NCBI RefSeq assembly: GCF_016127575.1 | Contig: NZ_CP066018.1 | Coordinates: 540,001-572,000 of the forward strand | Origin: Cupriavidus necator | GTDB lineage: Bacteria; Pseudomonadota; Gammaproteobacteria; Burkholderiales; Burkholderiaceae | Direction of reading: 5' to 3' | DNA: 32,000 nt | In this document: one piece after another, positions 7,447 through 15,892 of the stretch | How positions within the stretch are numbered: position 1 is the first letter of the stretch | Layout: each line of letters opens with the position of its first letter | Notes under the pieces: generated by a model | What the model was told of the DNA's origin: nothing | The model's database searches: none | What the model saw: only the letters and a program-made list of their open reading frames with translations | Position numbers and translations under genes: made by a program

Positions 7447-8212
7447 TTTGGGGACGACCGGGTTCGACAGCGAACTAAGCGTCGTTCGCGATCTCCCCAA
7501 GGCAACTCGCCTTCGAGCAAGCCTGATCTGCCTCTCGCAATCATCGCAATCAATTGGCGAGGATCATGCAGCAAGGGGCACCGAGAGCTTCGGCATCCGA
7601 ACGGCTTAATGACCGGGGGACGGCCAACAGCGCCGTTCTCTGCCTCGCCATGACTTACAGTAGCCGCTGCGAAGCAGATGCTGGTAAACGAAACGCGGTA
7701 CAGCAGGAATGGGCAGTAGAGACTGCCGCCCTTCCCTTTCGGCCGCATGTCTGATTCCAGGACCGTCATTCGCACCTACTTAGATGGGTGGCCGCAGTGG
7801 CTTCTACATCGGACCATTGAGATAAGGGGGGATATCGCAACGGCTCAAGGCCGACTTCCGGCTAGGGACACCCCGCTCTAACTAGGCTCACAGGCAGCTC
7901 TCGGCCAGTTTGAGACACCGGCTCTCCCATTCTCGATGTCCGAGCTGGCCGATTTTGCGACATTCGGGTCGGACCACACCTATGGCCGCTCCTGGTCCAG
8001 TCCCGTCAATCATCTCACCGCGGCATATGTGGGCCGTGCCAGCCTGCATCAAATGAGAGCACTAACTAATCGAAGCCCTTACGCATGCAGCCCCAAACGG
8101 AATTGTCCTACCCTTCATCGAAGAAGGTCGTTGCGTTCTCCGACGCGCGTGGGCAAGCGTACGCGGCCCGAACGGTTTGCTATTGAGATGAAATTCAAGC
8201 GAGGACAGCGCC

Positions 8213-9478
8213 CTATGGGCACTCGGATACCGCAGGGACACTGCCGAATCGCTGTGTCATCCAGTCCAGTGCAACCGGCAAGCCGAGAAGCAGCCCAGTG
8301 GCGTGTTCGGTCGCGCCGATGGTCCGGAACGCCACGTTGCCACCGCGCGCACACCAGGCGGCAAACAGCTTCTGGTTCTGCCCAAAGGGGATGATCTCGT
8401 CGAGGGTTCCCGCGTACACCAATGCCGGTACGGCAGGCACGCCATTGCCGCTCTGGTTCTGCGCCATGCGCGCCAGCCAGTCGGCGCGGTTCAGGATGGC
8501 TGGAGCCTGGACGAGGACCGAGTCAGACAGGAACGGATAGCTGGCAGTCACGTCAAGCAGGCATTTTGTGCCGCGAAAGTCGGCAATCACCGACTGCCCA
8601 TAGGGTGTGAGGATCGATGAGAGGCCAAGTTCAGGGTAGGCGGCATTCAGGCCCATCAGCGCAATCGGCCCTACCCCGCCGAACGGGCCACCATTAACGT
8701 TCGCATATACATCAGCGATGCTGAATGGCCCAGCTCCTGCGGCAACGCCCCGCACATTCAGACCGGGGGCATATGCGGGCTGCAGTTCGGCCGCGAAAGC
8801 CGCTGCATGGCCACCCTGGGAATAGCCCATGATGCCGACGGGGGCGTTCGCCGACAGGCCCGCCCCGCTCAACTGCTGCGCCGCCAGTGCCGCGTCGAGG
8901 ACGGCTTGCCCTTCGGCCTTGCCGATCCCCCAGGTGTGATCGCCCGGTGTACCAAGACCCTGATAGTCCGTCATCGCGATCGCCCAACCGCGGGCGAGGG
9001 TTGCCGGCGTCGCGCCGGCAATCGTCGCTTCATATTCCGTGCTCAGCGCGTACTGGTGCGAGGGCGCGCAGTTGTCGGCCTGGCCCTGCGTTCCTGGAGC
9101 CCACGCAATAACCGGCCGGGGGCCGGAGAGCCATGGCGTAAAGGGCACCAGCACGGTGCCGGTGATGGCAATCGGCAAGCCATTGACGTCGTTGGACTTG
9201 TACATGACCTGCCAGCCGTAAGCCAGCAATCCAACCGGAATGAATGGACGGGAGCGAATCAGCGTGCCATGGGGCCCGCTCGGCAACGGCTGGGGCGGCG
9301 TGTAGAAGGCATCGCTCCTCGGGTCGTCGAGCGGGCCGGCTAGCGCCGGCGCGCCAGCCAGGACACACAGCGCCATGGCAATCGCCAGGACTGCGCGTGC
9401 CGCGCCCCCGGCAAGGGCCATGCCAGGAGCGCGAGACATTACGCGGATCCACAACGGTCTTGCAGTACGACGAGTCAT
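8213..9478 (-). CDS. secreted lipase/esterase (secretory-lipase LIP-like alpha/beta hydrolase)
   Basis: 421 codons. The nucleophile elbow is VGIMGYSQGGHAAAF (GxSxG). The N-terminus MTRRTARPLWIRV...AMALCVLAGAPALAG looks like an Arg-rich signal peptide. AGGAGA lies 6 nt upstream of ATG 9478. Confidence 0.85.
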   Translation of the reverse strand: MTRRTARPLWIRVMSRAPGMALAGGAARAVLAIAMALCVLAGAPALAGPLDDPRSDAFYTPPQPLPSGPHGTLIRSRPFIPVGLLAYGWQVMYKSNDVNGLPIAITGTVLVPFTPWLSGPRPVIAWAPGTQGQADNCAPSHQYALSTEYEATIAGATPATLARGWAIAMTDYQGLGTPGDHTWGIGKAEGQAVLDAALAAQQLSGAGLSANAPVGIMGYSQGGHAAAFAAELQPAYAPGLNVRGVAAGAGPFSIADVYANVNGGPFGGVGPIALMGLNAAYPELGLSSILTPYGQSVIADFRGTKCLLDVTASYPFLSDSVLVQAPAILNRADWLARMAQNQSGNGVPAVPALVYAGTLDEIIPFGQNQKLFAAWCARGGNVAFRTIGATEHATGLLLGLPVALDWMTQRFGSVPAVSECP

Positions 9479-9576
9479 GCGTCTTCTCCTGTCAGGTTTG
9501 CTGGCGCAGGCGCGCGAAGGCGCCGTGCCTCATGGAATCCGCTGGCTGATGGCGTGCGCCGCAACGCATACAGCCA

Positions 9577-10281
9577 TCAGGCAACCACATGCATGCCCGG
9601 CTGTGAGGCCTGGCGTGTACTGCCGCAGCGCAATGTCCAGCCGACAAACGGATCGCCGGCGTGGCAACTCATCACCCAGCGCGCCCCGCAGGTGCTGCAG
9701 CGGTGCTCGCACCGCAACACCGCCAGGTGCGAGGAGTAGTGCCGGCGGGACGCGGCGGAAAGAGCATAGAGGCGCGAATGGCCGGTTCCGCGCCTGGGGT
9801 CCTCCGACAGTCGGGCGCAGTCCGCGCACAGCGCCTGCGGATTCGGTGAAGCACCGGCCACCAGGTCAGCCTGGACTGGCAGGCACTGGCCGTCACCGGC
9901 GCGCAGGCGGCGGTAGAAGTCCCAGCGCCGCATGACCGCCCAGTAGAGGACGCGCAGCAGTTGGCCCTCCGACTGCATTGCCGTGGCGAAGCATCGATCA
10001 ACGTGCTGCTCCAGCAGGATCCCGAGCTCGGCTGCCGAGGCAAAGCAGACAAGTTGCTGCTGCCCGATGCTGTTGATCATCCAGTCATCGAAGACCTCTG
10101 CCAATGCGGCGCTATAGGCCTCGCTGCCCAGACGCCCGGCACAGGCGGCGAGCGCATTCGCGCGCCGGCTGGCGCGGCGAATCTCGTGCCGCAAGGAGGT
10201 GAGCCTCGCCAGCACGGCGCCGCCGGTGCTCTCGCTGTTGTCGTTGCCACTCACATTCCATCTCCTGCCGGCCGACGCCAT
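9577..10281 (-). CDS. hypothetical protein with a Cys/His-rich C-terminal tail
   Basis: 234-codon ORF with strongly G/C-biased third positions, 60 nt downstream of the SDR gene on the same strand. The tail is CEHRCSTCGARWVMSCHAGDPFVGWTLRCG. An alternative GTG start at 10254 is preceded by AGGAGA with 6-nt spacing and may be the true start. Confidence 0.55.
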   Translation of the reverse strand: MASAGRRWNVSGNDNSESTGGAVLARLTSLRHEIRRASRRANALAACAGRLGSEAYSAALAEVFDDWMINSIGQQQLVCFASAAELGILLEQHVDRCFATAMQSEGQLLRVLYWAVMRRWDFYRRLRAGDGQCLPVQADLVAGASPNPQALCADCARLSEDPRRGTGHSRLYALSAASRRHYSSHLAVLRCEHRCSTCGARWVMSCHAGDPFVGWTLRCGSTRQASQPGMHVVA

Positions 10282-10341
10282 AGCGCGTGCGGCCTAACGG
10301 TGCCTCCAGCGGAGGTCAGCCAGATCGCCGGACAGCGCCCT

Positions 10342-11166
10342 TCAGGCCGGCTTTCCGGTCGCCGCTGCCGCACGGCCCGCCGCTTCAAGTGGCACCTTGA
10401 CGCTCTCCAGGGCACCACCGCCGTCGCACGGCACAAGCGCGCCCGAGATGTACCCCGCATAGGGCGATGCCAGGAACAGTGCAAGATTGGCGATATCGTC
10501 CACGGTGCCAAAGCGCTGCATCGGCACGCTGGATTGCGCAGCGGCGCGCTCCGCCTCGGTGGGCGCCATCAACCGCCGGAAGCCCTCCGTACCCTCGATC
10601 GGCCCTGGCGAGATCGAGTTGATGCGGATGCCATCACCGCCCCATTCGAGCGCGAGCACGCGCGTAAGTTGGTCGACCCCCGCCTTGGCGGCACTGGCGT
10701 GCGCCTGGTAGCGAATCGGCACGAAGGACTGCGGAGCCGTGATATTGATCACCGCCGCGCCTGGCTTGCGCAGGTGGCCATAGGCCTGGCGCAGCACGTG
10801 GAAAGTGCCGACCAGGTCGATGTCGACCACCACGCGAAATCCGTTCGACGACATGTCCTTCGCCTCGCACAGAAAATTGCCCGCAGCACCGGAAATCAGC
10901 ACATCGACAGGGCCGAAGCGTTCGACCGCTTCGGCGAACGCCCGGCCTACCGCATCGAAATCGCGCACATCGGCGCAGACCCCAAGGACCGGCCCGCCAA
11001 GCTGTGCGAGCTGCTGGTGCGCGGCATCGACGTTCTCCTGCTTGCGGCTGGCCACTGTCACGCTGGCGCCTTGCCTGGCGAACGCCTGGGCGATGCCGAA
11101 GTTGATGCCAGTGGTGCCGCCGAACACGAAGATGTGGCGACCGGTAAAATCGAGATTGACTTGCAT
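10342..11166 (-). CDS. short-chain dehydrogenase/reductase (SDR) family oxidoreductase
   Basis: FVFGGTTGINFGIAQ (TGxxxGxG dinucleotide-binding motif) and YQAHASAAKAG (YxxxK). A GAGG Shine-Dalgarno lies upstream of ATG 11166. Confidence 0.9.
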   Translation of the reverse strand: MQVNLDFTGRHIFVFGGTTGINFGIAQAFARQGASVTVASRKQENVDAAHQQLAQLGGPVLGVCADVRDFDAVGRAFAEAVERFGPVDVLISGAAGNFLCEAKDMSSNGFRVVVDIDLVGTFHVLRQAYGHLRKPGAAVINITAPQSFVPIRYQAHASAAKAGVDQLTRVLALEWGGDGIRINSISPGPIEGTEGFRRLMAPTEAERAAAQSSVPMQRFGTVDDIANLALFLASPYAGYISGALVPCDGGGALESVKVPLEAAGRAAAATGKPA

Positions 11167-11220
11167 TGACTTACCTCGTGAAGAACGCCACCAGGGCCGT
11201 AACGGCCTGGCGTCCCGTTG

Positions 11221-12000
11221 TCAGTCGAACCTGGGCGCCCGCCTGTCGATAAAGGCAGCAATGCCTTCGGCGGCATGAGCACTGGCAGCGGACTCAACCA
11301 TCAGGCTGTGCTCAAGATCGAGCTGCACGCGCAGTGTTCTCTCGTGCGCACCGTCAACCAGTTGCTTGATCCGCCCCAGCGCTCCGGTCGCGCCGTGCGC
11401 CAGTGCTTCAGCCAGCGCATCCGCGCGTGCCGGAAGCCCGGCATCCGGGACCACCTCGCTCACGATCCCCATCTCCAGGCACTGCCTGGCGGAAAGCGCC
11501 CCATTGGTGAAGAAGAGTTGCTTGGCGCGCATGGCGCCGACGCGGCGCGTCAGGAACCAGGACGAACCGGCATCTGGCGTGAGCCCGATGGCGGAATAGC
11601 CGCCGCGCAGCTTCATCGACTCGGCCGCCAGCACGATATCCGCGCAAAGCGCCAGGCCGATGCCGCCGCCGCCGACCGGCCCGTTGACCGCACTGACCAC
11701 TGGAACCGGCAGCGTGGCGAGCTTGTACAGGGCAGTATGCAACGGGCCGAGCAGTTCTTCGAGCATGGACGGCAGGCCTGCGCCGGCGTGGAGGAAGGCG
11801 TCGATGTTCCCACCGGCGCAGAACTGCCGCCCCGCAGCACGCAGCACGACCGTGCGTACCGCCGTGTCGGTCGCCACCTCGTCGATGCACCCGATCAGCG
11901 CGCGCGCCGCCTCGGTGTCGATGGCGTTGCCCCGCTCGGGCCGGTTCAGCGTAATGGTGGCGACGGCACCTTGCCGCGTCAGAAGGACGGGTTGGTCCAT
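11221..12000 (-). CDS. enoyl-CoA hydratase/isomerase (crotonase fold)
   Basis: MDQPVLLTRQGAVATITLNRPERGNAID..., VVLRAAGRQFCAGGNIDAF, VSAVNGPVGGGGIGLALCADIVLA. The start was moved to ATG 12000. The 127 extra N-terminal codons of track ORF 11221..12381 overlap the thiolase gene and look non-coding. Confidence 0.9.
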   Translation of the reverse strand: MDQPVLLTRQGAVATITLNRPERGNAIDTEAARALIGCIDEVATDTAVRTVVLRAAGRQFCAGGNIDAFLHAGAGLPSMLEELLGPLHTALYKLATLPVPVVSAVNGPVGGGGIGLALCADIVLAAESMKLRGGYSAIGLTPDAGSSWFLTRRVGAMRAKQLFFTNGALSARQCLEMGIVSEVVPDAGLPARADALAEALAHGATGALGRIKQLVDGAHERTLRVQLDLEHSLMVESAASAHAAEGIAAFIDRRAPRFD

Positions 12001-12052
12001 GTTCAGGCTCCCGGAGATGATGTCCAGTGGTCGAAATGAGCAGATCCGCGGC

Positions 12053-13249
12053 TCAGCCCTGGCGCTGCAGGATCGCGACTGATACCGCAGTGCCCAACCC
12101 GCCGTTGTGCTGCAGCGCCGTGCGGGCGCCCTCGACCTGCCGCTGGCCGGCGCTGCCACGCAATTGGGTGGCGAGCTCGGTGATCTGCGCCAGCCCGGTC
12201 GCGCCCAGCGGGTGCCCCTTGGACAACAAGCCACCTGACGGACACACCACCACCTGGCCGCCGTAGGTGTTGCGTCCCTCGACCACGAAGCGCTCAAGGT
12301 CTTGCTCTTCGCAGAAGCCCAGGCACGCGTAGGTGAGCAACTCGTTGCTGACGAAGCAGTCGTGCACTTCCGCCACGTCAATGTCCAGCGGCGCCACGCC
12401 GGCCATGGCGTATGCGCGGTCAGCCGTGCGGCGCGCCGCGCCCCGGCTCAGCGCATCGGGCACGTTGGGCGGATCGAGGTCGGCAGAAATATCGCTGCCT
12501 ATTTCGTGCGCGAGGATCGCCACGTCCATACGCAGCCCGTGGCGTCGCGCAAACGGCTCGCTGCACACAATCACGGCGGCGGCGCCACAGCTCGGCGGGC
12601 AGGCGTAGAGCTTGCGCAGGCGCCCCCAGACCGTGGGGGCGGCCAGCACCGCTTCGACTGTGAGCGGGTCGCGGAAGATCGCGTAGGGGTTGTGCCTGGC
12701 ATGTGCGCGCGCCTTGACCGCAATGCGCGCGAACACCTCGTCCGGGATATGCAGTTCGCGCGCCGTCCATTCGAGCTGCGAGCCGAACATCATCAGCGCT
12801 GGCGGCAACGCGCGTTCCGCTTCACCAAAGCCCATCGCCACCGCCACGCTCTCGCGGTGGCGCTCCAGCGGATCGGCATGGCCTGGAAACACCCGGTCCA
12901 ACGCGCCGGGCTGCATTTGCTCAAAGCCGACCGCAAGCGCGCATTCCGCCGCGCCTGCCAGCACTGCCTGCCGCGCCAGGTACAGCGCCGAAGAACCCGA
13001 AGCACAGTTGTTGTTGACGTTGGTGATCGGGATGCCGGTCATACCGACCCGGTAGAGCGCGCGTTCCCCCGAGCACGAGTCTCCGTAGACGAAGCTCGCG
13101 AAAGCTTGGTCCACCAGGCTGTAATCGATGCCGGCATCGGCCAGGGCGGTGCGCACCGCCTTTTCGGCCATCACGTCATAGGGGTCGCTCTGGCCGGGGC
13201 GCCTGAACGGCACCATCCCGACGCCGGCGATCAGTACATTGCTGCTCAT
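12053..13249 (-). CDS. SCP2-type thiolase (acetyl-CoA acyltransferase / lipid-transfer-protein-like) with a canonical nucleophile Cys
   Basis: MSSNVLIAGVGMVPF..., NVNNNCASGSSAL (Cys box), CPSGGLLSKGHPLGATGL. ATG 13249 is preceded by GAGGAG. The longer track ORF (to 13408) overlaps the synthetase gene. Confidence 0.9.
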   Translation of the reverse strand: MSSNVLIAGVGMVPFRRPGQSDPYDVMAEKAVRTALADAGIDYSLVDQAFASFVYGDSCSGERALYRVGMTGIPITNVNNNCASGSSALYLARQAVLAGAAECALAVGFEQMQPGALDRVFPGHADPLERHRESVAVAMGFGEAERALPPALMMFGSQLEWTARELHIPDEVFARIAVKARAHARHNPYAIFRDPLTVEAVLAAPTVWGRLRKLYACPPSCGAAAVIVCSEPFARRHGLRMDVAILAHEIGSDISADLDPPNVPDALSRGAARRTADRAYAMAGVAPLDIDVAEVHDCFVSNELLTYACLGFCEEQDLERFVVEGRNTYGGQVVVCPSGGLLSKGHPLGATGLAQITELATQLRGSAGQRQVEGARTALQHNGGLGTAVSVAILQRQG

Positions 13250-13269
13250 GGATCTCCTCGTCCCTGTAA

Positions 13270-14826
13270 TCAGATGCTGCGGTTCTGCACGGTCCAGTAC
13301 GGGGTTCGCAGGTCCTTCTTCAGCACCTTGCCGTTGGGGCTGCGCGGCAGGGTGGAGACGAAATCCACCGACTTCGGTGCCTTCACGCTGCCCAGCCTTT
13401 CCTTGCATAGCGCAATCAACTCCTCGCCGCTTACGTCCATGCCCGGGTTCAGTTCGACCACGGCCTTGACGGCCTCGCCCCAGGTGGCGTCCGGCACGCC
13501 GATCACCGCACAGTCCTGCACCGCGGGGTGGGCCCAGATCACCTGCTCGACTTCGCTGGGGTACACATTGAAGCCACCCGTGATGACCATGTCCTTCTTG
13601 CGGTCCGTGATGCGCAGGTAGCCGTTGCCATCGATGTGCCCGATGTCGCCGGTGTGCAGCCAGCCGTCGATGATCGCCTCAGCCGTCTTCTCCGGCGCCT
13701 TGTAGTAGCCCTTCATCACCAGGTCCCCGCGCACGCAGATCTCGCCGGTCTCGCCGGTGGCAAGCGGCTCGTTGCGCGCGTTCATGATCGCCACGCGCAC
13801 CAGCGGGCCGGGGCGGCCGCATGAAAGCAGCCGCGCTTCGTCGGCGATCTCGCCGCCGGAGAAGTTTTCCTCGGGCCGCTTGATCGCGATCGATCCTGGC
13901 GCCTCGGTCTGGCCGTAGGCTTCCATCATGACCGGCCCGAACACCGCCATCGCACGGCGCAGCTTTTCGGCCGACATCGGTGCCGCGCCGCAGATGAAGT
14001 ACTTCAGCGAGGAGTAGTCGTGCTCCCCGATGCCCGGCATGTCGAGCAGCCGATAGATCACGGTCGGCGGCAGGAAGAACTCGCTGACCCGGTGCTTCTC
14101 GATTGCCTTGACCAGCGCGGCAGGATCCGGCTTGGTCAGTACCACCACCGTGCCGCCACGCGCGGTACACGGCAGCGACAGCACACCCGCCGTGTGCGTC
14201 ATGGGCGCGGCGGCCAGGTTCACGATCTTCTCGTCGGCGCGGTAGCTGCAGGCGATCATGAACTGCGCGCAGAAGGCCTGGAAGCTGCGATGGGTGTTCA
14301 TCACCCCCTTGGGCAGCCCCGTCGTGCCGCCGGTTGGCATCACGGCGATCGTGTCATCCGGCTCGTACGAAACCTCCGGCCTAGTCGCCGGTTGCCCCGC
14401 AATCCAGTCCGGCAGTGCGCTCGCGCCTGGCACGGCTTCTTCAATGCAGACATAGAGCCTGACCTTGGGCAGCTTCGGGCGCATCGCCTCTACCACAGGC
14501 GCGAACGCCTTCTGGAAGAACAGCACTTCGCAGTCGAAGGCGTTCAGCAATTGATGGTTCTCCTCCGTCGAGCCGCGCGGATTGACCGGCATCCATGCCA
14601 TGCCGGCACGCCACAGGCCCAGCGTGCAGGTCCACGCGGTGGGATGGTTGGCGCCCAGCACCGCACCGATCTTGCCGCGCCCCATGCCCGCCGCGAGCAG
14701 CGCGTGTGCGATGCGGCATGAGAGCGTGCCAACTGCATCGAAGGTGAACAACTCGTCGTCCATCACGTAGGCCGCAGCATCGGGATCGATCTGCCAGCCG
14801 CGGTCGAAGAAATCGATGATCGCCAT
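13270..14826 (-). CDS. acyl-CoA synthetase (AMP-forming ligase, ANL superfamily)
   Basis: MPTGGTTGLPKGV, EAYGQTE, LHTGDIG, ITDRKKDMVITGGFNVYP. An AGGAGA Shine-Dalgarno precedes ATG 14826. Confidence 0.9.
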   Translation of the reverse strand: MAIIDFFDRGWQIDPDAAAYVMDDELFTFDAVGTLSCRIAHALLAAGMGRGKIGAVLGANHPTAWTCTLGLWRAGMAWMPVNPRGSTEENHQLLNAFDCEVLFFQKAFAPVVEAMRPKLPKVRLYVCIEEAVPGASALPDWIAGQPATRPEVSYEPDDTIAVMPTGGTTGLPKGVMNTHRSFQAFCAQFMIACSYRADEKIVNLAAAPMTHTAGVLSLPCTARGGTVVVLTKPDPAALVKAIEKHRVSEFFLPPTVIYRLLDMPGIGEHDYSSLKYFICGAAPMSAEKLRRAMAVFGPVMMEAYGQTEAPGSIAIKRPEENFSGGEIADEARLLSCGRPGPLVRVAIMNARNEPLATGETGEICVRGDLVMKGYYKAPEKTAEAIIDGWLHTGDIGHIDGNGYLRITDRKKDMVITGGFNVYPSEVEQVIWAHPAVQDCAVIGVPDATWGEAVKAVVELNPGMDVSGEELIALCKERLGSVKAPKSVDFVSTLPRSPNGKVLKKDLRTPYWTVQNRSI

Positions 14827-14874
14827 ATCTTGTCTCCTGAGTTCCGGCTAGCGCCAGCGCGTGCCGGATCTCGA

Positions 14875-15351
14875 TCAGGCGCTGTCGCCGACTGGTTTGA
14901 AGTAGCGGATGTCCCAGATGTTGCCCATGCACTCGTCCGCCAGCACCGCGCGCACGCGCATGCCGGTCTTCACGGCCGCGGCGTCGACGTCGCCGAGGTA
15001 GTGCGCCAGCGCCGTGTCAGCGCCATCTAGGCGGATGAGCGCGAGGACATAGGGGCGGGCCACGGGTTGCAGCATCCCGGGCTCGCGCACGATGGTGAAA
15101 GAGACCACCGTGCCGGTGTCGCTGACATCGACCCAGTCCTTCAGTTTGGCAAAACACTCTGGGCAGGACAGCCGCGGCGGCACATAGCTGCGCGCGCAGG
15201 CAGCGCAGCAGGTCGCGGTGATCCTGCCGTGGTCGCGCAGCGCAGCGAAGAAGCGGCCATTGGTCTCGCCCACGTCGTAGTTGATGTCGGCATACAGCAC
15301 CGGCTGGCGCAAAATGGCGGGTTCCGCGTCTTCCAGGTATGCGGGATACAT
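14875..15351 (-). CDS. DUF35 protein (Zn-ribbon plus OB-fold), thiolase-partner type
   Basis: The Zn-ribbon is CCAACARSYVPPRLSCPEC, followed by an OB-like C-terminal half (VVSFTIV...YVLALIRLDG). AAGGAGA lies upstream of ATG 15351. Confidence 0.85.
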   Translation of the reverse strand: MYPAYLEDAEPAILRQPVLYADINYDVGETNGRFFAALRDHGRITATCCAACARSYVPPRLSCPECFAKLKDWVDVSDTGTVVSFTIVREPGMLQPVARPYVLALIRLDGADTALAHYLGDVDAAAVKTGMRVRAVLADECMGNIWDIRYFKPVGDSA

Positions 15352-15355
15352 TGCC

Positions 15356-15880
15356 TTAGTCTCCTTGTGTTGTGGCAGGGTCGCGCACCGGCTCCCAGTA
15401 AAGGATGTCGGTCATCAACCCCTTGCGTTCGGCCTCGGGCCGGAACACGGCGCGCACACGCATGCCGTTGTGCACCTTGCTCAGGTCGGTTTCGCCAATG
15501 TAGTGCCACAGGAAGCCGGCATTGCGGCCCGGCGAATCGACCATCAGGACGCCGACGGGATAGGCGCTTGACTGCACCGACAGATCGTTGGTGTCGATGA
15601 ATGGCATGTTGAACGACATGAAGCCCGCCACCGTGGCCTCGGGCCCCATCTCCACCCATTGCGGATCCTCGAAGTTCTCGCCATGGCAGACGCTGCAAAC
15701 GGCCTGCGGCGGCAGCATGCTGAAGCCGCAATGGCGGCAGACCATGCCCATGAGGCGGCCGTTGTCGCGCATTTCGCGGGAAAACCTGCCGTTGAACAAG
15801 CCCAGCGGGTACTCCATGAAGAAGGGCGTTCGCAGGCGCGTCGGCGGCACGGGAAGGGTTTCGGGTTGCTCGGTGCTCAT
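15356..15880 (-). CDS. DUF35 protein (Zn-ribbon plus OB-fold), second copy
   Basis: CRHCGFSMLPPQAVCSVCHG, then an OB-like segment (VAGFMSFNMPF...YPVGVLMVD). GGAGGA lies upstream of ATG 15880. Its stop is 4 nt before the next gene's start. Confidence 0.85.
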   Translation of the reverse strand: MSTEQPETLPVPPTRLRTPFFMEYPLGLFNGRFSREMRDNGRLMGMVCRHCGFSMLPPQAVCSVCHGENFEDPQWVEMGPEATVAGFMSFNMPFIDTNDLSVQSSAYPVGVLMVDSPGRNAGFLWHYIGETDLSKVHNGMRVRAVFRPEAERKGLMTDILYWEPVRDPATTQGD

Positions 15881-15892
15881 TGCCTTTCCTCC

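Noticed and set aside
7450-7850. Possible tmRNA (ssrA) gene, suggested by the 5' GGGGACGACCGGGTTCGAC
   Set aside because: Only the first ~23 nt fit. I found no resume codon with a tag ending in ..AA (the best in-frame stretch ends ...GIRTA-TAA-TGA at 7607-7612). I also found no T-arm (GGTTCGA.TCC), no 3' acceptor strand and no CCA within 400 nt. It is kept only as an oddity in the findings.
9961-11169. 402-aa plus-strand ORF
   Set aside because: It is antisense to the SDR gene and the hypothetical gene. The SDR frame has TGxxxGxG and YxxxK motifs and a Shine-Dalgarno, whereas this frame is Arg/Ala/Gly-rich.
12001-12381. N-terminal extensions of track ORFs (11221..12381, and likewise 12053..13408, 18345..20027, 30778..31347)
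   Set aside because: The extensions overlap the preceding gene, look non-coding, and end at internal ATGs that have good Shine-Dalgarno sites and family-typical N-termini. The starts were moved to 12000, 13249, 19916 and 30940.
12302-13621. 439-aa plus-strand ORF
   Set aside because: It is antisense to the thiolase and acyl-CoA synthetase genes, both of which carry catalytic motifs. It is a high-GC shadow ORF.
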